From the IMG/VR virus record IMGVR_UViG_3300030103_003525, positions 1 through 58,212 of that record: a DNA stretch of 58,212 bases, one strand, 5' to 3'. Numbering within the stretch: position 1 is the stretch's first letter; each line of letters opens with the position of its first letter. Under the pieces are notes generated by a model. That model searched no databases, was not told the DNA's origin, and was given only the letters and a program-made list of their open reading frames with translations. The position numbers and the translations under genes were made by a program. This DNA is from a virus (lineage: Duplodnaviria > Caudoviricetes). Below are positions 48,048 through 58,100 of the stretch, one piece after another.

Positions 48048-49271
48048 TTAGATTTTAAACTTCAAAGATGTATCCTTGCCCAAAGCATCTAAAATCTGCT
48101 GTCGGACATTATCAACATCGCTCTTATTGCCAGTCGGTTTCGGGCCTGAGACATCAACGTTCGCTGTCTTTTCAACTAACTTACGCTGTCCATCACTCAA
48201 TCCTTGATTGTAGATAGACTTTGCGATATCGTCAATGTTGTCAATAACTGTACGATGTGCGTTTAACTTCTCAAAATCCCAATCCCCGTCTTGGCTGACG
48301 TATTGGTCAAAAAACTGATCTAGATTTTCGTTCTTTTTCTTTAATTCATTACGGTATTCTGGTTTAATTCCAAAGTTGAATTCAGAGTCTCCTAATTCGA
48401 ACGTCAATGCATCCAAAGAGTCTACTTCATTCGACATAGTCTTAATCCATTCTTTTGTAATGGGGCTTTGAACTTCTTCTGTCTCAGCTTTTTCTTCCCT
48501 TACAGGAGCCTTGTACGAGTCTCTGACTTGTTCAATATCCTTCCGGGACTTTTGTGCATCAATCTTGAGCTGTAATTTAGAGAGCTTAATCTCATCTTCT
48601 GAGTGTAAGTCCTCGTCCATTTTGTACTTTGAACTCATTAACATATCTATTTCCGTCTGATCTAGATTCGGATACTCTACTGCCATTTGCAATTTGACAG
48701 CCGATAAATCGTCCATTTCGGAGGGATTTAACGATTGGTAAGTGAACCAGTCTTTAGGATCTCGACCTGTTTCTGATACAAAATCAGCGATTGCTTTTAC
48801 TCGCTCATCGATTTCTGCGGGTTGCTTCGAAGCACTTAGTAGCTCAGAAAGTTGATCTAGGCTGTCGAGTTCAATTCCTAGCTTTTCGCTAACAAACCCA
48901 GTCACACTAGTTTCAAATTCCTCCTGAGACATCTCAGGCTCCTCTGCGGATTTCAAAGAACTTTGAGGCACGGCTGCCTCTTCGTTGTTTAAAGCAGTTT
49001 CAGAGGCCGTCACCTCTTCAACTGTTTCTTTTTGCTCAACCTCAGCGGCTGGCTCTTCTGTAGGAACAGCAGTCTCCTGCTCTTCTTTAACTTCTGCCTC
49101 TTCAGAGACATTTTCTGTAACCTCTTCTGAAACAGTTTCTTCAGCTTGAGGTTCTGCATTTAAAGCACTAGCGTCAATTATCTCAGGTTGAGGCTCTTGT
49201 GTTTCACCATTAGGTGAGTCTTCAAGAGTGTAGCCACTATTCTTTAATGCTTCTTCTAAAGGGTTATCCAT
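48048..49271 (-). CDS. Putative capsid scaffolding protein
   Basis: Very acidic, low-complexity N-terminus; directly upstream of the capsid gene. Confidence 0.65.
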   Translation of the reverse strand: MDNPLEEALKNSGYTLEDSPNGETQEPQPEIIDASALNAEPQAEETVSEEVTENVSEEAEVKEEQETAVPTEEPAAEVEQKETVEEVTASETALNNEEAAVPQSSLKSAEEPEMSQEEFETSVTGFVSEKLGIELDSLDQLSELLSASKQPAEIDERVKAIADFVSETGRDPKDWFTYQSLNPSEMDDLSAVKLQMAVEYPNLDQTEIDMLMSSKYKMDEDLHSEDEIKLSKLQLKIDAQKSRKDIEQVRDSYKAPVREEKAETEEVQSPITKEWIKTMSNEVDSLDALTFELGDSEFNFGIKPEYRNELKKKNENLDQFFDQYVSQDGDWDFEKLNAHRTVIDNIDDIAKSIYNQGLSDGQRKLVEKTANVDVSGPKPTGNKSDVDNVRQQILDALGKDTSLKFKI

Positions 49272-49357
49272 ATCAAATAAAATTTAAATTACATATATTA
49301 TATGCAAAATTAAATAATATACTTGTGTGTAATCAGACCGTCCTTGTTATAAGCTAG

Positions 49358-49597
49358 TTAACGATGTTTTTTGGTTTTTTTAGCAACTTTTTTTGGTTGC
49401 GGAACATATTGCTTTCCTTTTGCTGTTCCTTTTCTCTTTGCTCTTGATGTCGCTGCATATTCAGCAGAGCTGAGTTCTTTTATTGCTGCCGCTGGAAGAT
49501 ATCTCTCTCCAGTCTCTGATGACTTCTTTCCAGACTTAGTCCTCCAGTTTTGCTTAGTCCAGTCTCTTAATGATTGCTGTGGATTCTTTCGTGCCAT
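49358..49597 (-). CDS. Small basic protein, DUF5872-like C-terminal half
   Basis: QSLRDWTKQNWRTKSG..ERYLP. Confidence 0.65.
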   Translation of the reverse strand: MARKNPQQSLRDWTKQNWRTKSGKKSSETGERYLPAAAIKELSSAEYAATSRAKRKGTAKGKQYVPQPKKVAKKTKKHR

Positions 49598-49815
49598 TAG
49601 CTTTTGTATCCGCCACCAGCGGCTTTATATGCTTTAGCTAACATCTGTGCCTTTCTCGCAGACCATTGTCCGGGTCTTCCACCTTTAGATCCAGCCATTA
49701 TTCTTTTGAATATTCTTTTTCTCATACCGGGCTTAGTGTAATTGCCAGCCTCGTTTACCCTAGACTTAACCTTACCTCCACCTTTGTATTCTTTCTTAAG
49801 TACTTTCATTACCAC
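49597..49815 (-). CDS. Small basic protein, DUF5872-like N-terminal half
   Basis: NYTKPGMRKR..GGRPGQWSARKAQMLAKAYKAAGGGY. Confidence 0.7.
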   Translation of the reverse strand: MVMKVLKKEYKGGGKVKSRVNEAGNYTKPGMRKRIFKRIMAGSKGGRPGQWSARKAQMLAKAYKAAGGGYKS

Positions 49816-50099
49816 TTAACTTTATTAGCCCAATAAGCAGCAGACATTTTGCCTTTGGCTATGTTTCTTCTATGACGAGCTTTAAAAGACTTTCTTTTAG
49901 CTCTCATTCTATCTGACTCTCCAGCTTTAGGCTTACCAGCAGTACTAGCTCCCTGCTCTCCGAATCTAATTAATCTTATTTTGTCTCCCACTTTAGCAAG
50001 AACAATATGAGACTTTTTAGGATGAGAAGGTGTCCTCTTAGGTTTGTTAACCCCAGATAGACCATACCTTTTAAGCATATTCTTTACTCTATTATCCAT
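49809..50099 (-). CDS. Small basic phage protein
   Basis: KKSHIVLAK..IRFGEQG..RKSFKARH..AYWANKVKW; TAATTTTG lies 4 nt before the ATG. Confidence 0.75.
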   Translation of the reverse strand: MDNRVKNMLKRYGLSGVNKPKRTPSHPKKSHIVLAKVGDKIRLIRFGEQGASTAGKPKAGESDRMRAKRKSFKARHRRNIAKGKMSAAYWANKVKW

Positions 50100-50128
50100 A
50101 CTTCAAAATTAATGTATTTATCAATACG

Positions 50129-50662
50129 TTATTTATACTTATTAAAGTAGTCAAGTATTTCTTTTTCAAGCCTTGCGTCCATCAGATAATTACCATCATA
50201 CTCTACACTAGTGAATGTACCATCTCCTTCTTCTATTATCTCAATGACATAATCTATTTCATCATAAGTTATTGAGAAAGACTCTGACCTTTTTAAAAGA
50301 CTAATATTCCTAGATGATTGAAATCTATCTTGTATTGTGATATCGCTTATATCTGGGAGGTTATCTATTCTAGTTATTGATTTAGCATAACTTGTTCCTG
50401 TAGTATCTATAAAGTATACATTAGACAATGCTGTCATTAAGTAAAATTGCTGTTTACTACTTAACCCTCCATCTTTAAAGTTACCAGTAAACTTAACGAC
50501 AGGAAGTTTCATAACCTCTCTCTGCACTTCTCTATCTAGCCTTTTGTAGTCTATAAACGAAGTAACCTCGCTAACCTCCATAATATCTATATTACAAGGT
50601 ATCATTACTAATTTATAGTAAAGACTTGTGGTCATTTTATTTTTAGCTACATACTGCATCAT
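50129..50662 (-). CDS. Hypothetical protein, last gene of the two-component operon
   Basis: 177 aa; ATGA overlap with the upstream gene. Confidence 0.7.
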   Translation of the reverse strand: MMQYVAKNKMTTSLYYKLVMIPCNIDIMEVSEVTSFIDYKRLDREVQREVMKLPVVKFTGNFKDGGLSSKQQFYLMTALSNVYFIDTTGTSYAKSITRIDNLPDISDITIQDRFQSSRNISLLKRSESFSITYDEIDYVIEIIEEGDGTFTSVEYDGNYLMDARLEKEILDYFNKYK

Positions 50663-51231
50663 TCATCTTTTTCAGTAGCATATTTAACGCCCATAATAGT
50701 TCCAACTATAGAAAATGCATTGGTTAACAGTATACCTAACATATTAGACCAAGTAGAACCAATTATTTGCGTATCGGTATTTGTGAATAAGGCAAAGACA
50801 TACATAGCAGTAGTTACGACACCAACACTTACAATAACAACTAAAGCAACTTTTACAATAGTTCCTATAAGCTCTGTCTGCGTTTTCTTCTGCATAACCT
50901 CTAGATCTTCTAGGGCTTTGTCCTTGCCTTTCTCAGCAGCGTCCTTTAACTTCTCAGATTCTTTTAATGTTAACTGAAGATCTTTAAGAAGTCTTTCGTT
51001 CTCCTCTGCGGCAACAGCTAACTTTTTATTTTGCTGTTGAACTTGCTTGGTTATAGTAAGCCTTTTCTTGCGAGAGCTACTATCTTTATTTATACAGTTC
51101 TTTAAATAGTCTTCAAATACAGTATCTCCAGATTTAGCTTTTAATACTTTAAGAATATTACCCTCAAGAAAAATGCGTTTGCTTTTTGCTAAAGCTAACA
51201 GCTCATCTCTTAATTTTTTATCTGGATCCAT
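50659..51231 (-). CDS. Coiled-coil protein with two C-terminal TM helices
   Basis: Charged coiled coil, then IVKVALVVIVSVGVVTTAMYVFALF and MLGILLTNAFSIVGTIMGV. Confidence 0.75.
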   Translation of the reverse strand: MDPDKKLRDELLALAKSKRIFLEGNILKVLKAKSGDTVFEDYLKNCINKDSSSRKKRLTITKQVQQQNKKLAVAAEENERLLKDLQLTLKESEKLKDAAEKGKDKALEDLEVMQKKTQTELIGTIVKVALVVIVSVGVVTTAMYVFALFTNTDTQIIGSTWSNMLGILLTNAFSIVGTIMGVKYATEKDE

Positions 51232-51242
51232 AATATTTTACA

Positions 51243-51680
51243 TTATCTGTAAACCTTAAAGGAATTCTTTTTTGATTTATAACCTTCGTAGTCTTTTCTG
51301 AATTCTTCAAGTCTTGGCTCTATGTCATCAGACTTTATAATCCAAAACTGCGCTCCAGCCTCTTTTGCTTTATCAATCTCTTGATGGTCATCAGAAGATG
51401 ATATTATACCTACAACACAACCATTGCCATAGTCGTAGTTAATCTTTCTTATCATCTCAATGCCGTCAAAGCTAGACCCTATAATATTAAGGTCTACAAA
51501 AACACACTCAGGTCGTTCCTCATTTAAATCATCAGGAAACCATTCCTTGAATTTAGCATCAGCTTCATCAGAAGAATTTAAAGCTTCTAAGGATAGAGTT
51601 ATATCCAATATGTTACAGGCATCTTCAAATACCAAGTGAAATAGATCCTCATCATCGATGAGCATAATAGAATTTATCAT
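51243..51680 (-). CDS. Single-domain response regulator (CheY-like receiver)
   Basis: IMLIDDE acidic pocket, phosphoacceptor Asp in VFVDLNI, DGIEM, IISSS, AGA..WIIK. Confidence 0.9.
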   Translation of the reverse strand: MINSIMLIDDEDLFHLVFEDACNILDITLSLEALNSSDEADAKFKEWFPDDLNEERPECVFVDLNIIGSSFDGIEMIRKINYDYGNGCVVGIISSSDDHQEIDKAKEAGAQFWIIKSDDIEPRLEEFRKDYEGYKSKKNSFKVYR

Positions 51681-51690
51681 TTTTTTAGTT

Positions 51691-52929
51691 TTATATAGTA
51701 ATACACATTTTTGTTCCGTTACTTAATTTCTCCGCCCTCACTTCGAAACCGTGTTCTTTCAAAATAGCGATACATATGTTCAGACCTAAGCCCGTACCGC
51801 CTTCCGATTGACCCTCTTTCCTAGTGTAAGGTTTTGATAAATAAAGGAACTCTTCTTGACTCATACCTCTCCCATTATCTTGGACGTATATGCATCGTTT
51901 ATTATTGTCTATACTCATAAAAACTTTAACGATCTTCTTTGGACTGTCATTATACTTTAGTCCGTTTCTAATTAAATTATCAATTGCTGTACAAAACAAT
52001 GGCTCATTTACTTCTACTGTTGGCAATATGCCAATATCTACTTGCTTTATATATGATGTTGTTGCTAAATAACTCTTTAGTGAGTCACTTAGATTATGCG
52101 GAGCCATATCCAATTGCGCATCCTCTTTTACTAGGTTAGTAAATTCTTTAACTCCCTTAAATACTTTCTGCGTATGCTTAAGACCTTCTTCTAACATCTT
52201 AAGGGGAGCTTGTATTTTTAGCTGTTTTATCTTCTCTTCTGACAGCCTTCTTCTTAGCGAGGTTAACCCTCTAGGCATATAGGTATTAATACCCGAATGC
52301 ATATCGTGACGTAATATCTTAGCAGCGTGTTCCAAGTAAGTGTTTTTCTGTAACGCCTCTTGCTCTGCTAAGTGTTGAGATGTAATGTCTGTAGCTATTT
52401 TTAAAACAGTACTGTACTTACCATTCTCGTCTTTAATAGGTGTGTAGTGTCCAATTAAGAACTTTTTAGATTTGTTTTTTGCGTATCTCTCAAACTCTCC
52501 TTTTACAAGTTTTCCCTTTTCAAGAGATCTCCAAAAGTCTGTGTATGCATCGCTATATGCAAATTTCTTATCTAAGAATATTCTATGCGTTTTACCTACA
52601 AGCTCAGAGGCAGTATACCCCATAGCCTTACAGAAGGATTTATTTACATAGATAATCTTACCATCAGATTTAAACCTTACAATTAAGCTGGATTCATCTA
52701 TAGCCTTTAGCTGTAGGTCTACGTTATCTTCTTTGGTTCTAGTTACTCTTATAAAGTCATAAACGACATAAGCAAAGAAAGGACTAAATAATATTATACA
52801 ACCGTAAGCTACCTCTGCTAGTATGTAGCTTGGATCAAAGACCCTAAATACTACTAGAGTTTGTATGATGAAAAAAACAAACATTATAGCACTAGAAATG
52901 CCCAAACATATCTTGGCTAACTTACTCAT
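51691..52929 (-). CDS. Membrane-anchored PAS-domain sensor histidine kinase
   Basis: Two N-terminal TM helices; PAS (IIYVNKSFCKAMGY..ELVGK..FW..GEF..YTPI..ATDIT); H-box ILRHDM; N-box NLIRNGLKYN; G1 DNGRGM; G2 GTGLGL. Confidence 0.93.
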   Translation of the reverse strand: MSKLAKICLGISSAIMFVFFIIQTLVVFRVFDPSYILAEVAYGCIILFSPFFAYVVYDFIRVTRTKEDNVDLQLKAIDESSLIVRFKSDGKIIYVNKSFCKAMGYTASELVGKTHRIFLDKKFAYSDAYTDFWRSLEKGKLVKGEFERYAKNKSKKFLIGHYTPIKDENGKYSTVLKIATDITSQHLAEQEALQKNTYLEHAAKILRHDMHSGINTYMPRGLTSLRRRLSEEKIKQLKIQAPLKMLEEGLKHTQKVFKGVKEFTNLVKEDAQLDMAPHNLSDSLKSYLATTSYIKQVDIGILPTVEVNEPLFCTAIDNLIRNGLKYNDSPKKIVKVFMSIDNNKRCIYVQDNGRGMSQEEFLYLSKPYTRKEGQSEGGTGLGLNICIAILKEHGFEVRAEKLSNGTKMCITI

Positions 52930-52937
52930 ATATTATT

Positions 52938-53090
52938 TCATTTTCCTTTTCTTAAAAGATACCACCTATGTAGTGTGTAACCAATAGATGCAGATAAGAG
53001 CAGTATTTTTAATGTTATCTCAATAGTTGACATACTAACACCCATTGCTGTGGTGTTTAGAAAAAACAGTTTGAGATCTTCTTGATTCAT
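52938..53090 (-). CDS. Small membrane protein, 50 aa, holin-like (not in ORF track)
   Basis: MNQEDLKLFFLNTTAMGVSMSTIEITLKILLLSASIGYTLHRWYLLRKGK; ATGA overlap with the upstream gene; basic C-terminus. Confidence 0.65.
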   Translation of the reverse strand: MNQEDLKLFFLNTTAMGVSMSTIEITLKILLLSASIGYTLHRWYLLRKGK

Positions 53091-53311
53091 TTCTTTGCAA
53101 ACTTCTCTATAGCTGTTCCGAAAAACATAGCAATAGTAATGTACTCTACAGCCTCAACAAGTTCCTTACTTGGGGCTATGTCGATCTGAGAAAAGGAGTT
53201 TGCTATAAGTGTACCAAATAATACAATTGCGCCAATGACTCCAATGACTCGCTTACTACTCACGCTATCAGCGTTTCCGTTAGCTAGAAGTTTATTTATC
53301 CAATTTTTCAT
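53087..53311 (-). CDS. Two-TM holin-like protein
   Basis: SSKRVIGVIGAIVLFGTLIA and YITIAMFFGTAIEKFAKK. Confidence 0.6.
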   Translation of the reverse strand: MKNWINKLLANGNADSVSSKRVIGVIGAIVLFGTLIANSFSQIDIAPSKELVEAVEYITIAMFFGTAIEKFAKK

Positions 53312-53315
53312 ATAG

Positions 53316-53323
53316 CAAAGTTA
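53316..53323 (-). promoter_or_regulatory. -7 element TAACTTTG at the head of the holin-like/two-component operon
   Basis: Minus strand reads TAACTTTG-CTAT-ATG. Confidence 0.65.
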
Positions 53324-53327
53324 ATGC

Positions 53328-53353
53328 AAAAGAAAAGCCCCTCTAGGGGGCTT
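53328..53353 (-). terminator. Intrinsic terminator
   Basis: AAGCCCC-ctaga-GGGGCTT-TTCTTTT on the minus strand. Confidence 0.75.
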
Positions 53354-53376
53354 ATCCAACCTTTGATATGAAGCTG

Positions 53377-53625
53377 TTACTTAACCTCCTCAGCTTCTAC
53401 AGGAGTAAATTCACCAGTGTCTAGATTGACAGTTCCATCACCGTGTTCTTCCAAGATAACCTTACGTGCTTCAGCCATCTTTTCTTCTAGTTCTGTATGA
53501 GAAGATATAAGGGTAGACTTTCTTGCTTCAAGCAAAGAAATAGCACCAAGTTCTTGTTGTATTTTATTCATATCAGTCTGAATAGACTTGATAGATTCTA
53601 AAGATTCTTTTTTTATTTTTTCCAT
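53377..53625 (-). CDS. Coiled-coil hypothetical protein
   Basis: 82 aa ending HGDGTVNLDTGEF. Confidence 0.75.
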   Translation of the reverse strand: MEKIKKESLESIKSIQTDMNKIQQELGAISLLEARKSTLISSHTELEEKMAEARKVILEEHGDGTVNLDTGEFTPVEAEEVK

Positions 53626-53665
53626 TGTAATGAATTTTTATATTGCAAATATAGTTTATATCAAG

Positions 53666-54019
53666 TTAACTTTCAATAGTTAAAGTTACAACTTTTGGAG
53701 ATACCTTCTCTTCTATATCAGAAGCTATGTTTGCTTCTATCCTAGTAACCTCATCTGCTCCTAGAGCGGTTTTACACCAAGCTGTTACTTCAGTATTAGT
53801 TAGTTTATCAACAGCAATAAACTTTGAAGGATCTATTGATTCTGTTGAAATAGATATTGTACCAATACAGCTAGACATATATTCGACATCAGAAACAGTC
53901 TTAGTTCCTTGAACTGACCAATGTATGTTAAATACAACATCAGTTAATTCAGTTCCTGAAGCATCAAATTTTGTATAGCAGTCTAAGGTTCTGCAATTCC
54001 AAGTATAAGTAACAGCCAT
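53666..54019 (-). CDS. Tail fibre-associated small protein
   Basis: 117 aa (YTWN..VVFNIHW..LT..V..W) in the fibre module. Confidence 0.6.
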   Translation of the reverse strand: MAVTYTWNCRTLDCYTKFDASGTELTDVVFNIHWSVQGTKTVSDVEYMSSCIGTISISTESIDPSKFIAVDKLTNTEVTAWCKTALGADEVTRIEANIASDIEEKVSPKVVTLTIES

Positions 54020-54046
54020 AATAATTTTTTTACAAAGTTAATGAAT

Positions 54047-55123
54047 TTATGCGTGTTGAGTTGATGAAGCTGGAGTTCCAACTTGATTAGATAGATTGTA
54101 AGCACCATTCGTATCTAGCCCTAAGTCTCCCGCATCTTCAAACCTAAATAAAACATTAGTGTAAGTAAAACCATAATTGCTTTCATCTTGCGGTGCGCCA
54201 CTATTATATATTTCGTTAACCTCTGTTGAGCTTAAGCAGTTTTCATAAAAATATGTAACCTCATCCCAACAAAGTCCAGATCCAAGTTCTGATGAATATG
54301 AACCTCCAACAACTAAATATTGTTGATCCCAAGTGATATTATTTAATGTGTGAGTCCCGCCACTTGTTCTTGTTAAAGCTGTTCCATTCCAATAAACATT
54401 TAATCTAGAAGCTCCTGTTGCAGAAGAATCATATGTAATATCAAGCCGCATAAAGTTGTTTGCGTTAACATTTCCAAGAGTTAAAGGAATAGATATATTA
54501 TTGGCATATAAAGCTGTACCAACACCCCATTGTCTATTAGTAGCTATTCCCGTTGTGCTACTGTTAGCTGAATTATTTAACTCATATACCCAAGTTGTTG
54601 TGTTAGGGCCTCCGGGCGGAGATGACTCGTCTATCATTTGAAAATACAAAGTAGTTTTACCATCTGAAGTGTTAAATATATTTAAATTCCAACCACCTCC
54701 TACTGTACCGCCTCCTTGATTATTATAATTATGAAAAGCAGACATATAATAGTAAGTTGCACCTTCCGATCTAGGTAGTAACCAAGCACCATAACTAAAC
54801 CCTCCAGAGTCATCGTTAAATTTTGGCTGTTCTTCAGATACGCTACTCCAACCATCTCCGTAAAGCATAGATCCAGCATTTCCATCATCGGGAGGAAAAA
54901 AACAAGACTTAGTAGAATAACTACAAACAGCATTATGGTTATAATCATACCACTCAGATATCTTAGCGGGATTAGCACCATTTGGATAAGAAGGGCTACA
55001 GGTGTTTATAGTCCCGTAGTCTCCATTCTCAGCTTTGTCTAACTGTATAGCTGCTGTTCTAGAACGGCCTAGCTCTTCGTTTATGTCTCCTAGTGTTATC
55101 AGTCCTGATGCGGGTAGTGTCAT
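54047..55123 (-). CDS. Tail-tip adhesin-like protein with a LamG/concanavalin-like domain
   Basis: N-terminal MTLPASGLITLGDINEELG; ITYD..LNVYWNG..DEV..LSSTEVNEIYNSG LamG-like pattern; coupled to the fibre gene. Confidence 0.6.
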   Translation of the reverse strand: MTLPASGLITLGDINEELGRSRTAAIQLDKAENGDYGTINTCSPSYPNGANPAKISEWYDYNHNAVCSYSTKSCFFPPDDGNAGSMLYGDGWSSVSEEQPKFNDDSGGFSYGAWLLPRSEGATYYYMSAFHNYNNQGGGTVGGGWNLNIFNTSDGKTTLYFQMIDESSPPGGPNTTTWVYELNNSANSSTTGIATNRQWGVGTALYANNISIPLTLGNVNANNFMRLDITYDSSATGASRLNVYWNGTALTRTSGGTHTLNNITWDQQYLVVGGSYSSELGSGLCWDEVTYFYENCLSSTEVNEIYNSGAPQDESNYGFTYTNVLFRFEDAGDLGLDTNGAYNLSNQVGTPASSTQHA

Positions 55124-58100
55124 TTAGATAGTTTTTTGACTTGTTCTTTTAATTCATCAATCTGCTCTTGCTGTTCTTTCATTCCTTCTATAAGTAGAGC
55201 TACCATATTCTGATAAGAAACAGAGTACATACCCTTATCGTCTTCGTGAACAACTTCGGGTACGTGAGGTAATACCTCTTGAGCTATGACACCCATAAAT
55301 CTCTTCTCTGAGTCTAAGTCTGTTCTTTGGTAAGTTACCCCACGAATAGCTTTTATCTTCTCTACAGGATCAGATATGCTAATTATATTATCTTTTACTC
55401 TAGCATCTGAAAATGCAGTAATGTCAGCAGAGGCATATATAGATACATTAGAAACAGCAGAGTTTACGTGTAGAGGGTATGAAGGAGTAGATCCGTTAGT
55501 AATACCAATTCCTACTTTAGCAGATGTTCCTAAATTAATAGTATCAGCACCTTGATTTGTTTGAACATTATCTACTATAGTAGGATCTGATATGTTAGTA
55601 CCTGTAGGGCTTGTATTTATATAAATTGCACCTTTAGTTGTAGATAAAGAATTAGTTGTAAGGTCTCTGTTAGTAGTAATTTTAGCTTCACATTGAGAAT
55701 AAAATCTAACTTCTGCATAAATAGGAAGATATCTAATGTCTCCACTTACTGTTGTCAATGGCCCTACCGTTAATTGAAAACTTTCAGTTTGAGAACCACC
55801 AGAAATTTCAACAAGATCCATATCTGCATAGTTGTTATATCCCGCTACAAGCTGATACTTTTTAGAAACACCTTGACCAAAATACGGTTCCATCAATTCT
55901 ATTTCTAAAACACCTGTATTTCCCCAATCGTTATAATCAAAAAATACTCTAGCTATTTCATATCTTTTTGCTTGAGTAGACTGTCCTGTATGAAAAGTAT
56001 CTGTAATTACTGTTGTGTAATTTTTTAAACTAAACTGATTATTAAAAACAGGGCCAACAGTGTTACCTTCTCCAGCTGATACTACCATAGAACCAGCAAC
56101 TGTTAATTTACCATTAGTAGTTAAGGACATTGCTCCTTGAGAACCGCTATGGCTAGTATCGCCCCACCAAAAACCTCTATTTGAATTATCATTCATTTGG
56201 AATGTCATAGCATACTCTGCACCAGAATTTCCAATACTACCAAAGGTGAAACCATTAGTCATACCTATAGCGTAAGCTGATGAACTCCAAACTCTAAGTT
56301 TATCTCTTGATAGAGCAGCATTACCACCAATGAATGCACCGTTAATTACATCAATGCTACCAGTCTCGCCACTAATTCTACAAAGCTCGCTAATTGTTCC
56401 AGTTCCTCCACCGTGACGACCTATCACAAAATCAGCACCTGAAGTGTTATTACTGTTAGAATCTAAGTTGACATAAACCGCACCGTAAGAATTAATTCTA
56501 ATATCGTCAGCTTCACCACCAGTATTACTTCTGCTGCTAATGCTATGGTTTGCGTTGCTATCTTCATAAAAGGTAATAAAACTTCCTCTGCTCATATTAA
56601 TGTCACCATTAGAAGAGCCAAAGTTTATATTTCCGTTCATAGAAAGGTTATCATCTATTGTTGTAGCACCATTAAAGTAAGCTGTACCTTGATTATAGAA
56701 ATCAAAACTTGCGTGAACACTAGTTATACCTACTGCAAATTTTGAAGTCACATTAGCATTACCACTAACAGTTAATTTTTCAGCGGGAGTAGAAGTGCCA
56801 ATTCCAACATTTAAACCATATGCCGTTAGAACATTGTGAGAACCGCCATTATACAAGTGAGTTCGCAAGTGAACTCTTTGAGAGTAATTTCCAGCATATG
56901 GAGATGCGTGGTTATATGACTCTATTACCAAACCAGAATCACCACTGCTTCCAAATGATCCATTATCTAGTCTACGAAGACCAACATAAGTGCTTCCTGC
57001 TTTTGTCCAGTTTCCTAATGAAATGTTACCAGATACATCAAGTTTTTGTAGCGGATTATTATTACCAATTCCCATATTACCCGAACTTCCATTTCCTGTA
57101 ACTACAACATTACCGTTTTGTTGTAATTCAAGAACGTGAGAAGCAACAGAATTATAAGCTGGGGTTGAAGCGGCTGGATAAAACTGTAAATTATATGAAG
57201 TGCCAGAGTTTCTCGCTGATATGTCCCATCTAGCTGCCCCGTTTACATCAAAAAATAATTCAGAAGGATTATCACCAATACTTCGTAAACGAGTTGTTGA
57301 TCTTCCAGTGCTTGCTTGGTTTATAAATCCACTAGTAGCATCTGTACCATAGCTACCATTTGAATAAACTAAGTGTAATTTTGGAACAGGAATAGTAGTC
57401 CCTGTACCTATTCCTACGTTACCACCTCCCGTTATAGTCATTAAGTTATCTGAAGCCCAATGACCTAAAATTAAGAGGTTATTGTTTGAACCAGCTGTAC
57501 CTGAATATCTATATCCAATATATGCAGAATTTTTTGTGCTACCAGCCTTACCAAAAACAAGTATATTGCTTTCACCAGATGTTAGATTAGGAGTAAAAGC
57601 ATTAATAGTATGATTAAACGTTATAGATGATGTGTTTATTACACTTATAGTGGGTGCTGTTGAAGTACCTCCACCAGAAATAGTAAGTTTTCCATTAGGA
57701 GAACCAGTCCCAATTGCAACGTTACCGTTTGATCCTTCTATGAATAATCTTGAAGAAGCTGTTGGATTTGAAGTTATACTGCTAGTGTTAGCGGCCAAAA
57801 ATAAATCTCCGTTATAATCTGAAAATATACCTGACCTTACATCACCTAAACCACCATTTACAGCATCAGACCTTGTACTAAAACCAATACCGTGAGGATC
57901 AAAACTAGTATTATTAGGTCTGTGAACTAATAGTGGTACGGATGCAGATTGATTTACTTGTAAAGCAACATTAGGAGTTGAAGTTCCAATTCCTACTTTT
58001 CCAGTTCCTTCATTAAGAATAAGATTACCATTTCCTCCATTACCACTGTTTATATATGAATTTGTTTCATCTACCCAAATTCTAATAGACCTGCCACCAT

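Noticed and set aside
30104-57817. Numerous short plus-strand ORFs within the late arm
   Set aside because: All lie antisense to long, well-supported structural or signalling genes.
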